Assembly: GCA_012295275.1 (NCBI GenBank)
Contig: CM022670.1
Coordinates: 15,996,001-16,060,000, forward strand
Reading direction: 5' to 3'
DNA: 64,000 bases
Source: Chrysomallon squamiferum
Lineage: Eukaryota > Animalia > Mollusca
In this document: positions 40,992 to 56,114 of the stretch, in pieces
Layout: each line of letters begins with the position of its first letter
Numbering within the stretch: position 1 is the first letter of the stretch
Made by a program: the position numbers and the translations under genes
The notes under the pieces: model-generated
The model's input: only the letters and a program-made list of their open reading frames with translations
What the model was told of the DNA's origin: nothing
The model's database searches: none

Positions 40992-43432
40992 ACCCATTTA
41001 TTTTGAAATTTAAAAACAAACAAAAAAAATACTTGTCTGTTTCATCATGCTGAAACAAGGCAATGATTGGCTATTTTCCCAGCATGCATTATTTTCCAAC
41101 AGTTGTTAAATACTATAGAATGAAAATTCAGATAATTTGATGAATGTTTCTAGTAACCATTCCATTGTGTGTGTACATGTATCATTATGACATTACACTA
41201 TTATGTTGTTATACTGCTATCATTATTTCATGTATTAGCTTACTGGTATCATTGCACTGACATAGTCTAATATATTTTCATATTAAATCCAATCAAGATA
41301 GGTTTTTTTTTCTGCAGAATAATATGTTTGCACTGTGCAAGCCCCAAGCACTGTCACAAATGGTTGAGCTAATTCCTTCATCATTACTCAATTAATGCTA
41401 TTATTGCTTGCTCATGGTGTTTTTGGCAGGAGGTCCTTCATAATCATAAGATGACAAAAATCATCTGGTTCTTTGAGGTTATCTGGGACAGAAATTTTCA
41501 AAAATGCCCAGACTAAAATAGTTTTGTATCTTCAGTGGCCAGCCACAAATGGTTTCAGAGCGGGAATTATTCAAGCCTGATTACAAGATGGTTTGCCTCT
41601 TCAAGATTAATGTCTTAATCATGACATGACTCATTTGAGCATATTTCTTATGTCCCTGGGTTCCACATAAAACTAAATGTTTGGATCTGGACTTCAAAAT
41701 AACAACAATAGTCACTTGTATAAACATGTTTCAATATCTTTACAGCAACATTTACTGTCTTTGCAGTAAACTAGAAACATTTTCAAAATTATAATTGTAC
41801 AGGATTGACATTAATTTATAGCAATGTTTGATACCTTCCAGTCACACAGGATTAAAGCAATGTTTACTACCTTCATAATAAACTAGAATTAATTTTTAAA
41901 ATGGCATTTTTACTTGATTGACTGTAATTTATTGCAACTTTTACAGTCTTGAAGATAAAACTAGAATGAAATTTTTAAAAGAATTTATACAAGAATGACA
42001 TGAATTTACATATTTTGAAACTGAACTGAAAACTTGGATTCAGTGGTTGACGTGATGAACTGACCAGTGAGGTGTGTGGCAGGTATGTGTTAGTGTTGGA
42101 CTGTTACAGTGTCTCTCTAATGACCAGTAATGAGACCCACCACTGACCTGTTCAACTTGGCTGCTGAAATAATCTTGAGTGTTTCCAGCAGAATGTCCTC
42201 CTCCTGTAGTTACACTTTCACATTCACTTTCTTTCACAGTGTTTCGTCTGACAGAGAAAATGCAGCGTTAATTCAACAAGACTGGAATATGATAAATATT
42301 CTACTCATTGCTATTTTAATTTCAGTTTTAATACCTTTTACAATAAATTTTAAAAAAATAAATAAAAAAAAAAAACAACAAAAAAACGACCTAAAGAATT
42401 AAAATTAAATATGTTTCTAATAAAATGTAAACCAAAAATAAATACAAAAATACATTATCTAAAATCTGGCCTTCCTTAATGCACTGAAACACAAGACTGG
42501 ATGCAGCAGATAAAAGCAGAGTGTTTTGAGTGTATCAGGGTAAGTGTGAAGTGTTTACACCGTGAAAAACAAACTGATGACAGGGAGAGGATGGGGACAG
42601 ATTTGTCATCCAGAGAGTGCAACAATCACAATGTTCTGTTACTGGAGGAATCCGTCAACACCACACTCAGAGTCAGCACCACTCTTAGATAACTTCTTGT
42701 GAAGTTTCTTCTGCACAAGTGACAAATTGCTGCAGTGTTTAGTCTTCGCCAGACCTGGCGCCAATGGTTTAATCACTTTCGAAGAACTCATTAATTTCCT
42801 TGTTCCTTATCTTTGGGAAGCCTTTATTGGACATAATTCAACACCCTGAGCCTTGGCCCTGTGGCTCCAGTGTTAATCTGGGAGTGCAGATTTGTTAATG
42901 ATGACACCCTCTCCAATATTAGCTGTTGTGTTTCCTATTCGGTTTTCAGTTAGTTGCCCTCCAGACTCAGTCTTTGGATTCCTCTGCCAGAACAAGACAA
43001 ATCACACTGACCAGCCAGTGTACAGGTTAAACTGACAGACTTTATTTTCTTATCTCCTCACTTGTTTTTAATTATCTTCTTACTCTTGCTTTTCTTATTG
43101 AAAGTCTGATGAAAATTACAGTAAATAAATGTAATCTGTTATTGTGTTTCCTGCTAATTAATTTGACTTGATTGTTGAAAGGTTATTTGTGACAAATTAA
43201 TAATTTGTAAATTATAATTTTCTACTAGTGTATTTTCTTATATATATATATATATATATATGAATTACTTCCAATAGAATTGCACCATTAAATTTTTCTT
43301 TGTAAAAATGATGATTAATAACACCATATGACAATAGCAGAAGAAAAGATATAAATCAATATTAATAAACCTAATATTTTTTAAATTGGAAAATGAACTT
43401 AATTTTTTTTTTTTATACTCTCACATATACAG

Positions 43433-43449
43433 ACACAGACAGACAGACA

Positions 43450-43493
<44 letters not shown>
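43433..43493. repeat. (CAGA)n(CA)n compound microsatellite
   Basis: Seen directly. Confidence 0.95.
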
Positions 43494-43497
<4 letters not shown>

Positions 43498-46400
43498 CAG
43501 CTGTTAAATGCACGTTAAATCAGATAACACAAAGCATTGTCAGACAATTTCAATTACTCAGAATATTGGTCCCTTGGTGGAAGCCTTCAATAAACCTGCT
43601 GTGAAGTCATTTGTTAATGGCAGTTCAGGTAAAAGAGACCCTCTTTAATGAGATAATCTCACACAAATGTCTCAATAAATCTACCTGTCTACACAACCTG
43701 TCCACTCGCAGGTCCATATCTTCTCTCAGTTATGGCCCTTGATGGGATGTTGGGAGTAAGTGTAATCACTTTGTTCCTGATTTTATTTTCACAGTGAATA
43801 CTTAAAAGTGACATCACAGTTTCACTAGATAAATGAGCTTGTTTAATTAGGATTCTATCAAACTGATCTGATAGGAAGGTTTATTTATATTAAGTGGGGG
43901 AGACTTTTTTAATGATATTAAATTAAACCTGTTTTGTTTTTTTTTCTGGTTTTTTTCACTTTTTTCTGTTTGAGTTAATATTTAGTTATAATGCTGAGAT
44001 TTTATTTTATTTGTACACCCATTCATTCAACTATCAAAGCATTAATCACCTGATCAGCTGCATAACATTTGTTTTTTTTTTTCAACATGAAACAAAACAC
44101 ACTAAGGAAATGATATAAAAAGATTTATCACAAATCTTTATTGTGGGGATGACTGCAAATAAAAAATTAAAACTCAAAATTTCTATTTTAAGTTGTTATT
44201 AATGTTTATTTTTCCTTTCAGATTAAAATGCTAATTTATTTAATAATATCAGCTCGCAGTATTGCTGTAACATGCTCATTTAATAAATTAACTGTTGTTA
44301 TCCAAAGTCCATTTGGGAATTGTTTCATTTCTAATGGAAGAATAAAGAGCATATTAGATTTTGGTGTCTTTCTCTTCTTCTTTTTTTCTTTAATTTATTT
44401 GTTTATTTATTGTTTATTTTTTATTTTTTATTATTATTTTATTTCCCCCCCCAAGCAATTTCATTGACATTAGTAGTAATTGCTTGGTTCTGATCTATTT
44501 TTAAAGTGTGTTATTTGTTTCATGTTAACGATGTTATCACCTGTCTCAGTTTTACGAGAACCTCACCTGTGATGTGCACATTAATAATGAAATACGCAGA
44601 CTTCATGACACTCTCTATCTTCATAATGACTCACTGTGTAATTAATTTAAGTAGCAGCTCATCATATCAGCAGTGGCTTTGTTTTACAAAAGATTAGTTT
44701 TCATTGATAAACGGTTAAAAATCATTAGTCTGTTTCTCTCACATTTTACTCATTGTTTCTAGTAGCAGGTTAAATGTGAACCACTGTTACTCAGTGTTAG
44801 AGTTTAGGTGACTAACCTCTGTTACAATTCATTAATAACTGACTCATATGAATTTATAAAATTTAAAGTCTTAAATGAACAGAAATAACGCTTACACTTA
44901 TCAAAAAACTGTATGTGTTACAGATCTCCAAAAAAGTATCCTAAAGTATGAAATGGACTATTTTCTTTGTGAAAAAATAGTAATATATAAATGGTGAAAT
45001 GTACCCAGGAAATCAATTTTGAAAATCATGGAAATATATCATTTCAGTATTCTTCTGCCTTTGAACAAGTAATAAGCAAAACATCTAAAACTATTTCACA
45101 AAAATGGTCATTCTCCATTGCATTGTTCCTGTATTGGTTAACTCTGCATTCAACAGATGGCAGCACTTACAAAATAGAAAATGGCTGTACTTATGAAAAA
45201 TATCTTTTGATATTTCACTTATAACTCATTAAAACAACGACAGATAGGTATTTGAAATGTTTTATTAGATTTTCAGTGTATTCTAAACTGACTTCACAGG
45301 TTCATATAATAACAAAAAATATATATCATGTGTTTATTTTATTTTAACTTGTATTTAAAAACAATGTTTTCAATTCCTATGTTAATTAATCAGAGTTTTA
45401 AATGTACTTGAAATAGTCAAATCAGTTGTATAGAAGATATCATGTGTTAACTATCACACCTTCATCAAATGTCCAGTTGTTTGGTCAAAGACAACATGGT
45501 CAACTCGTTTTCTGGCTTCAGTCTGCGGCCAGCAACTTTGATCAAAAGTCCAGTTGTTTGGACAAGACCAATATGGTGGTCATTGCTTGACTTTGATTTG
45601 CTAGTCTCGTGCTTCACACCAAGTTATGAAAATCTCATCCATCTTAGCGTCGTGTATGTTTTACAGTGGAGTTCTTTGATCTGGTGTTGAGTGTTGTCAG
45701 AAATCTACCACAGCACACTTATTAACCTCCTTCCAGCTCTCTGTGTGTCACATCTGTAATCAGTGAAACAACCTTTCCTGTCTTTTCATCCATATGTTAA
45801 AGCTCATATATTTCATTATTCACATAATTGTTTTGCATACAGTATAATACACGAGCAAGATTTCATCATGGTTTTTCTTTTGCGTTTTTTCTCTTTTTAT
45901 TTTTATTATTAGTAGTAGTATTTGTTTTTGTTTTGTTTTTTTTAGATAAAAAAAATAATAAATAGAAAATAAGAATTTGTGATAAATGTCTGTGTTCTAA
46001 TTTTCTAAACATAGCCTATCTGCCCTGAAAATATTTTAACTAAAGCCACATTTTCAATGGTATTTGACATCATTATCCCATAATGAAGGAATTTACAGAC
46101 CACCTTGAAACTATATTGGCCTACATCAAAAAGCCTATATATATATCTATGAATTACTTCCAATATCTGGGACTCATTTCTGCACAACACACCCACAAGA
46201 TTTACTTGTGTGACATTTGTCAGTGAAATGTAGCAAGCAGGTTACTGTTGATGTTGTGTGTATCAGCAAGCCAGGCTCAGATCAAAGAGACACTTTTCTG
46301 TATTGAGTTTCTAACACTCAATTCTCCAGTGCAGGTGCCGTCTGAACTTTTCTCTCTTCACTACAAGAGAGCTCTCTGCCAATGTACCGAGTATGTGCTG

Positions 46401-46664
46401 CTTGCTTGTACCTGCACTGTCTTGATCTATCATGGTTTCCATATGATTCTCTTTTACTGGAAGCAGTAGCAACCACATCTACTATATGCAAGTGTGTCTA
46501 AATAATCTATAAAATGACTATGATAATCACATTTTGATTTATAGTATTTATAATGATACAAGATGCATTGTGTGTGTTCGTTTTAGAAAACTGCAGGCAT
46601 TACTGATAAGAAACAAACCATGTCTGTATTACAAAAATATCTTCAGTCATGAAAATCTTAATTC

Positions 46665-46700
<36 letters not shown>

Positions 46701-47682
46701 ATGTGTGCATGAGTACATGTGTGTTTTTGTGTGTGTATGTTTTAAAACATTTAAAAAAACATTACTTTGTCTTATTAGTATTTGAAATCTTAGCAGACAA
46801 AAGATACTGAAAGGTTTTACATAGGCTATGCTTATTGACCAGTTTCATCTGCTAATACAAACTGAAATAAATATTGTTAAAAATGAAAGATTATTTTTCT
46901 CCAGTGTGAAGGTTTTCAAGTTACTTGCTTCACATTTATAGTCCCTCCACCATATATATATATATATTATAATTTAAAATTATTTTTTTATCCTTGATCT
47001 TTTAAAAAAGAAAAAGGTTTTTGATGTTTTCAGTTTAAATTTAAATTATTATCCCTGTCTCTCCTGCTGTGTATTTTTAATATTTTTTTAAAGTGAGTTA
47101 AAATTTCAAAGCAGAAATGATTTTTATAGATATTGAAATAAGACATTCATAGAATATTTGTGAAGTTTGTGTCACTTGTACATGATACTTGTGAGATCCA
47201 ACTCCAAATGTACTCGAAACACTGTATTAAAAATAATTTTTTATGAAGATATTTTTATTAAAAAAACGTTTTTTTTAAATGTGTTTCTTCTTCTTCTTCT
47301 TCTTCTTCTAATTATTATTATTATCATCATTATTTTTGTTTTCTCTTGTTATTTTGAAGGATGTTTTGGAATGTTTATGAATTCATTTTAGGATTCAGCA
47401 TATTTCATTCTTTTCAAAACGTGCTTAATCTTAGCTTCATATTGAGAAACACCATCACTGTCATTTAAAAAGATATGCATAATTATATTTCAACAAAAAC
47501 ATTTTACTGTTGACAGTGTATCATTATTTCAATTATTATTTTTATTTATTTATTTATTTATTTATTCTTTTTCTCTTTGTTTATTTTATTTATTTACTTA
47601 TTTGTTTATTTATTTATTTATTTATTTATTCTTTTTCTTTTTATTTGTTTATTTATTTATTTGTTTATTTGTTTATTTTCAG

Positions 47683-47874
47683 ATGGAACTGGGTATGTCC
47701 ACCTGGATGTGGCTATGAAAATGTCACCAAGTACAAAGGACAGAGTGTGCGCCTCAGGTGTGAAATCACAGGTAGTCCGTTACCTACATACACCTGGTTC
47801 AAAAACGACTCACCTATTGATGGCAATGATGAAAGTGGAAGATTCAGTGTCAAAAGTGTTGCATGGGGATCCAA
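47683..47874 (+). CDS. Ror: Ror Ig domain exon, N-terminal half; contains an apparent 1-nt deletion at 47718-47721
   Basis: Acceptor gtttattttcAG (47681-47682), donor AA|GTAAGT (47875). Encodes GYVHLDVAMK then, in a shifted frame, NVTKYKGQSVRLRCEITGSPLPTYTWFKND, with the Ig B-strand Cys and C-strand Trp. Aligns by eye to human ROR1 [39 protein letters not shown] (recalled). Confidence 0.93.
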
Positions 47875-48548
47875 GTAAGTTTTTATTTCTTTGTTCTGAA
47901 TTATTAATATTTAGTAGTTTAGGAAACAGGAGTGTAAATTATTAATACTTGGTACCGAATTTTTCTTAACTTCTTACAAGAAGTAACTGTGTTGTTTATT
48001 ATATTTTTGTGTAATATATTAATATTATATTTTATATTATAATCATTATATTATATTTATTATGTTATATTATATCATATTATATTTCATTATATCATAC
48101 TATATTATGTTATATCATTTGATTACATTACATTACATTACATCATTATAATTATTTTTAAAAACAAATTTTTATCATTATTTCTTATATATAATTAGAT
48201 AAAAAAAAAATGAGTAAAATATCTGCAAGGTAAACAAATTGAAGCACTGAGGGGGAAAAATACCACTAAGGAAAAGATAACAATGTTGATTATCTTTTGT
48301 ATACAAGTATAAAACATATGGCTTCCCTCCATTAGGTAGATTAAACACATTGTGAAGCTAACTGTAAGAGTTCCCTGTTAGAAACAGTCTTAATTTGTGA
48401 TAACAGCTTTTTTATGGTTTGTTTAAAGATTCACTCTATATTCAGATACGTGGTGTCTCAGTAAATAAAAAGTAATGTCTGTACAAGAACACAGGTTTTT
48501 GTTAATGTTTTTCTTTTTTTTTGTACAAGTTTACTTATTTCCAAAAAG

Positions 48549-48583
<35 letters not shown>

Positions 48584-48664
48584 TTATTTCAGTTGTTGTT
48601 GATTCTATTGTATGTGTATTGTTTTTTGGTTAAATGTTTTTATTTTGAGAGTATATACATGTTT

Positions 48665-48701
<37 letters not shown>

Positions 48702-49490
48702 GGTGTATGTATGTCTGTGTGTGTGTGTGTGTGTGGGAGTGTGAATATATGTGACATTGTGTGTGTTTTTATGTTTGTAGATAACAAAAAATAAAATGAA
48801 TTTTTAAAAAACGTAAATAGAAAAGAAAAATTTAAATTTTAATTAATTATGAATTTAATTGTGTAGACATATAGGTATATCTTTTCTTTCTTTTTTTTTA
48901 AATTTTATTATTATTATTTATTACTTATTTATTACTTATTTATTTTTTATTGTTTTGTTGTTGTTATTTTTGCCAAAGTAAGTATTTATAAATTCGCAAA
49001 CTGTTAAGTCCATCAAAGGGTCATCACGACTGGTTCTGTTACAGACTGAGATTCCCAGTGTCCAGAAACACTTAGTTCCACTTCTCTGCTAACAGCCTTC
49101 CCTCTCGCAAGCATTCATCTAACAAAACAGCAATGTTAACCACTTGGTTAGTAGTACAGGTTATGTGTATTGTTTGCAGTTCCAGCCTTGTCAGCACCAT
49201 TTGCTTTAGGAGCAGGGCAAAGCTTGTAATTACAAACAACACACACAGCCCATCATACCTGCGCCAATTAGCCCCAGGTGTAAGGATCATGAAAAAATAA
49301 CTTTCTTTTTTCCTGTTTACTCTGCCTCTAGACCAGGTCCTCGTAAATTGTTTAAAATCGATGATGTTGGCACCAAGTGTTTACCTGAGGGAGGGGTTCT
49401 AAGATCTGCGCTGTTTGCAAAAGATTGTAGTTTTTTTTTTTTTTTGTGGTAAAGTTAAACATAATGGTTATGGCTTTGATTTACAAAACT

Positions 49491-49522
<32 letters not shown>

Positions 49523-49813
49523 GTTGCCTGAGGATTACATTGACTTCTTTTATAGACAACCTGCAGGTGCCTCCTTTTAAGTGTGATCCTGAAGAACAGT
49601 AAAACGTGTTTTATGAGAAACGGTTAATCTAGTTTTATATCAAATAACCTGTAGAGCATAAATTACATAAAATATAAAGTAAAGTTGTTTTTTTGTTTAA
49701 AAGATAAATGATATATTTATCCAAAGAGTTTCAATGCCATAATAATACTAAACTGTCTGGGTTTTATTTTTTTTTTTAGTAATATTTTTAAATGTTTATA
49801 TTTGTGACTGTGT

Positions 49814-50082
<269 letters not shown>

Positions 50083-53000
50083 ATTTTGGTTAAAATTCAG
50101 ATATTTCTTAGTTATTTTTTAGTTACAATCGCTGTGGGCAGTTGTTTTTTTAAAACTGTTTTCATCACAGAACTATTCAAGTTTTCCTTTTGTGGACACA
50201 ACCTCCTACTACTGAGTTATCCCCAGAGACAGGATATACATCTTGATTTCTACTACCGGCTCAAGAGAAATCGTCTCTACTTGAAAATCCATTTCTGTCA
50301 GCTAACTATCCACACATGCTGAATTGCCGTGACAGCTTCTTACCATGTTCTTGAAACCTATTATCTGATCCATTTGTTTTTCAAGCCTAATTAGATTCAG
50401 TTAACAGAGTGTCACTGAAATACTCTGCATGCATTGTGATACCCGATTTCTTTCAGACCCTGAACTGTTATCTTACCTTACGTATTTCTTGCATGATACA
50501 GTTAAGAGATTAACTCTCTAACTTCAGGTATTGCTTACTTTTCTTCATTATTAACTTTGTTATCGGAGGTACGGGTTAACCTTGTTGTTATGTTTTATGG
50601 TGCCGGATCATAAGAGTAATGTTTCTTTGGACTTTTTTTTTTTTTTACATTTGTTCAGAAGAAACAGTAGATGTGGTTAGGTTGTTTGTTTATGTTGTGG
50701 GTTGGTGTGGAGTTTGATTCTTGTTAAAGCCTGTGTATGTGATTGCAGTGTGTTTTTAAGAGACTTGACAAATCTGAAAGAGAACAAACAAGAAAACCAG
50801 TGAAAAGAAACAGCACTGGATTCAGCTTCCACAACACAGCATGTTGTTACCTATTTTTTTTACATTTTCTTTTGTTCTTAAATATAAGATTTCTTCTTTG
50901 ATTTGCTAATTTTATTTCTTTCCCCCTTTTTCTTTCCAATAAAATGAAATATTCACAGTCACTTTTCTTCAACATACAGGCCAAATTATTTCTCCTTAAT
51001 CAGTGGAATAAAAAATGTTTTTATTGAGAAGGTGATTTTCTATTTTTAAGAATTCATAATGAAAATTCGAGATCAACTACAGCAGCACCTGAAAGATAAT
51101 TTTCAAATTTGGATCGGCTGATAAAAATGAAGATGCGCGAGGCAGTCACTCACACTTGATATTAACATCCCATTTTTGCAAGATTAACTTTATTTTGATT
51201 AGCTAGTTAAAATATTTATGATTTTTTGGTTTCGTGTATCAGCGTGCAGGTTGGGGTGTTGACACCGAGAGAAGATAGCTGTTGTTGCAGTCGCTGCTCG
51301 ACTGGTGGTCTCAGATCAGAGCAGAGCCAGTCTGGATGCATGTGTTTATTTATGAGATAGGAATTTAATTTTACACCCAATTTCACATGTTCCTTGCTTT
51401 GGCTTACATGTTTTTTCCTCTTGTTATTTCATTACTTACACCATCATTTGGAACAATAAAAAAAAAAAAAAAAAAAAAAAAAGTGGATTTTTAAGAAGAA
51501 AAAAAAAATGTGTGTTTATGTCAGTTGATTTTTAAGAAAAAAAACTATTTTGTAATGTTATACTGCAGTTAATTAATTTTGTTTACAGATTATTTATAAG
51601 ATGTATAAAATGGATTTAAAATATACAAGAGGAATATTTGTATATTATTATTCAACATGGTGTAAAATGGTTGAATTTTGTTTGCTCATATGTCAATCAA
51701 AAATCAGTCCTTTAGTATTTTTATGTGAAAAACAACTGAATAATTTCCTCAAACTCGACCATGATACACTATGTTAGTCAAATTTTATTCATTATTTTCA
51801 CTCATGTATTTAAAACAAATATGTACAACAGCAAACAAGAAGTCACCTGATTTTTAATCGACAGTTTACAGGTAGTGATCACTTGGAAATGATTGGGAAA
51901 AACATTTTTACACATACAAACATACATTCTTACATATGTATTTCATATTTTTTAAATGTAATGCAGCAACATGAATTCATAATTTAATTCTTAGTAAAAA
52001 CTAAAAATTACAAAATAAAAATGAACAAGAGTTGTGTCCCTTGGTGCTTTAATTTGCTGTTTTGATAGTTTACTTACTAATATGTTTATTTTTACCAACC
52101 ACTTTACACCATTTTTAAATTATTTAATTGTCAGTATGCTTTAAATAGTTGGGTACACTTGTTCTTATGTGTTTTAAAAATATGTGCTGTCAGAAATATC
52201 TTAAAATAAATTCAATACTGATATTTTTTAAAAGGATTCTAATTTTTTATTGTATAAAGCACTTAAAGAAGAAAACTTTATTATTTATTTCTTACTAAAA
52301 AAAAAAAAAAGAAACAAAAAAAAAGTTTGCATCAGTAAACAAATGCTAACAGAATCCATAACTCATGCCAAAATCCCCATAGGGAATCTAGTATGGTGGC
52401 AAGACAAGGGAGACAATTTTGAGATAACACATGATAATGTAAGATCCTGTTTCCTCATTGATTTAGCTAGGGTTTCGTATCAGGAGACACACAGTCTGTG
52501 CAGAGACAGAGCTGTGATGTATGTTAGATGTATGTTCTTATCTTCAAGCAAGTCGGCCTGACACTCACACATTACACTAGTTACCTCCCTTGATATGTCA
52601 CATACGTTCTTTTTAAACAGTTTGTTTTATTATTCCCTCTTGTGTATGAGAAAATTCACAAATTATTTATTTCACTAATTTGTTGAAAATCAGGTCAGCT
52701 GTTTTTTACATCTTGCTTTGCTACATTCGGAGATAACAGATTAGGATGTACGCTCATATTTTCAGGTCGTAACTTCGTTACTAATCTTTATGGACTGATT
52801 GAGAAAAAATGCCAACAAATGTTTGTTTTTTATATAAATATCTTGAGAAATCATGACTGCAGTTGAATAAAAGATCAGTGACCAGTAGAAACATACACAA
52901 AACACACAAAGTACCCACACATCCACATACATGTATTTATACATACTGAGATATACTCACAGTGACATACATTCACAGAGTAACAGACACATAAATTAAA

Positions 53001-55410
53001 CACACACTCAGATAGAAAACATATGTAATTAATATACTACAGTAGCACATAATGTACTAGATTCACATATATAAAGACACATACCACATAGGCACATACA
53101 CATATGCACAAACATACATACATAACCACTAACACTCCCACATTTCAATTACAGTGTACACATACACACACATTTGCCTGAATGCTACAAAATGCTTCAG
53201 TCCCTGTGTTAATTTTATGAAAATTAAAACATATAAGGAAAACATAAAGAGATATTTAAGATGAAATAACAAGCCATGTGTCAGACAGTTAGTTCTCCGA
53301 CACCGAGGCTGCCATGTGTTTTGTTTATCATACAGACTTCAAGGGAATGTTGCAAATAGAATTCATCTGCTACATTAATAGTTTGCTATTTCTTAAAGGA
53401 AACCACAGGTTCACACCAAAGTAAATGTCAGAGATAAGAAAATAATTGATTTTTAAAAACTTTCTTCACTTTTCTGCTAGGTTAACACCAGCTACATTTA
53501 CTCTTTCTGGCTGCCATGTTTGATAGACATTTTCACCCACATGTTCAAATAATGATATGTGCCCATCCTGATGTCTTGTACTGGAGATAGAAGGTTGATT
53601 TATATTGTGTAAGGTGTCTTCTTATGTGATACGGTTTTGAAATTTTGGTTTATTAGTTTGTTGTTGAGTTTTTCGTTGTTTTCAGGAAGTTTGTTTAACC
53701 TTCTTATCCTGTTTCTTTCAGTAACAAATTTAATTTAAAACATCTGTTTTTATTTTTTTAAATGTTAAAAATATAACAGTTGGTATTTGTGAGTGTAAAC
53801 CCCCCTGACAGACACACATATGTGAGCAGTAGAAACACACACACGTACATAGAAACACAGACACACAGACACACAGACATATATACACACATGCATATAC
53901 ATCTGATGAATACATCTTACACATATACATGTGTGTGTGTGTGTGTGTGTGAGTGTGTGTTTAAGAGTTTGTAAATAATTCTTTCATATATATAACAAAA
54001 ATTTATTTTACCAACAACTGTTTATAAGAATTTTATTTGTTTCTTGTATTCACACATAAATATTTTTTATTATCTTTTTGCACCGACTGGCAATCATTCA
54101 ATCAGAACGTGCAAAAATAAAATTATTTTTAATCAGAACTATTCCATAACAGAATTAATCGGGTCATATCTCGACAGGTAATTCATCAAGCAGATAAGTG
54201 GCACCTGCTTTTCTAAAATATGCTGCACAAAAGTTCTACTACCTTTAAAACTTCAAAGATATCTTCATAACAACCAATGATAAGCCTTTCCTTGGTACCA
54301 AGATGAATCACAATTTGGAACTGTTGTTGCCAAGGTGCAGAATGTTTAGATCATTTTTAATTACATTTACTTTGACATTAAATAAACAGAAAAAAGAAAT
54401 TTTTATCTCTCTCTGATATAATGGGTTTCGCTAATAATTGATGTTTTGATAAAAATAATAGCAGTCGACATCAGAACTCCAGGTATTTCAAGTAGAATTT
54501 TTTTACTTCAGAAGTATTGATTTCAACAAAGCAAGGTATAAGTAATAAGAAAAAGGCTTAAGTTATTAGTTTATTTCAGAATTATAATTTTAAATTACTT
54601 ATTTTTATTAAAAAAAAAAAAAAAAAAAAAGCTCCTTAAGATGAAGGCCATACATTGGTCTCACAGTCTAACCCAATTTTTTTTTTTTTTTTAAATTCTA
54701 TGAATATTAAACTGATAAATTTTTTAAGAAGTTTAAAAGTAATCCAATTGTTGTTTTCTTAACTTTAAAATCCAGGTGATAATAAAATAAATTATTCCAA
54801 TTCTTATAAAAAAAACAAAAAACAACAAAGATTTTTGCAAATTTCCTCATCATAACCTCATTTTAGTTTTGTTGACCTTAACATTGTATAATAGTGACTT
54901 CCCTTGATTGGATACTTTCAAGCAGGGATTGTTTTTTCACCTGTGCGTAGTTTGCCGTCTATTAACAGTGTGTGTGGGCAACACATTTCTGTACCTTTCC
55001 TACTTTCCACCCTTGTCTTCCTGCAGCATTTCACTAATGAGAGATTTGAAAGCTACACTGAACTTATCCTTCATTTCATAAAAACCCATGTGCAGCTCAT
55101 CCCATTGGAAGGAAACCACCAAAATACCTCATGATTCTGTTTTCCAAAATACAGAATGCCAGCTTATTCTGCAAATACCAGCATCAAAGGAATAGGGGGA
55201 AACAATTGGGGGTGGGGGTGTCAGTTTTCATTCCAGCATTAGCTTGAAACGTGGTGAATTATCCTTGCTGATACAAATGTATTCTGTTTTATTTATTCAC
55301 TGTCATGTTGCAGCTTGGCTCCTGGGGCTGGAACATCTGTGTGGAGTGTTCCTGCAGTGTGTTACTTATCACACATTACTTTCACTGGGTTACAAACATG
55401 AGAACATTGA

Positions 55411-55525
55411 TATCTCTCTCTCTGGCTTTCTCTCTATCTCTCTCTTGCTCTCACTCTGTCTCTCTATCTCTATCTCTATCTCTATCTCTATCTATCTATC
55501 TATCTATCTCAATCTCTGTCTCTCT
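55411..55525. repeat. (CT)n/(TCTCTA)n/(TCTA)n compound microsatellite
   Basis: Seen directly. Confidence 0.93.
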
Positions 55526-56114
55526 GAATAGCCATATTAAATTGCATTGTCATCTCTATATCCAAGGGGAAAACAAACAATATTAAATCTAAAGTGGATT
55601 ATAATGAAGTGGTTAAAATGATAGTGTGTAAAAAAAAATGACATGATGATTAAAATGATATAATAAGGAATTGTATTGTGTATAGAATATTAGTTAAAAT
55701 GATATAGTGTATGAAATGATACTGTGATTAGAATGATGGTTTGAATGATATAATATATAGAATTATATAGTGTATAAAATGAATGATATATATAAAAACA
55801 CATGTAGTTGTTAAAATGATATAGTGTTTAATTGATATATCTGTTAGAATGATATAATGTATAAAATGTATAAAATTCTCAAATTAATACAGTGCTATTA
55901 AGCATCAATCTTGGAACAAAACCCATTATTTTATTATCAAACTTTATCAATGGCAAAGATTAGTTGCCAGTGGATACAAAATAACCATTCTGAAGTATCT
56001 AATTAGCTGTGCCATCAAATGTATATTTTATAAAAGAAATAATTAAATAATATCACTTAACATTTTTTTTTTTTTTTTTTTTTTTTTACTAAAGAGAGTA
56101 TTTTGTGTTTTCAG

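Noticed and set aside
72-47391. The many 60-120 aa ORFs in the ORF track
   Set aside because: Translations of poly-T, (CA)n, (ATT)n and similar repeats, often with alternative start codons; no domain motifs and no splice-consistent chains.
47510-47720. Hydrophobic F/I/Y/L N-terminus and WNWVCPPGCGYE segment of ORF 47510..47878 as a signal or TM region
   Set aside because: The hydrophobic part is the (TTTA)n polypyrimidine tract of the acceptor; the Cys/Trp segment is the off-frame reading caused by the apparent missing A.
49045-49075. Acceptor giving KLRFPVSRNT-stop, superficially like the real KLRI exon start
   Set aside because: Stop after 10 codons, no Ig motif and a weak pyrimidine tract; probably chance.
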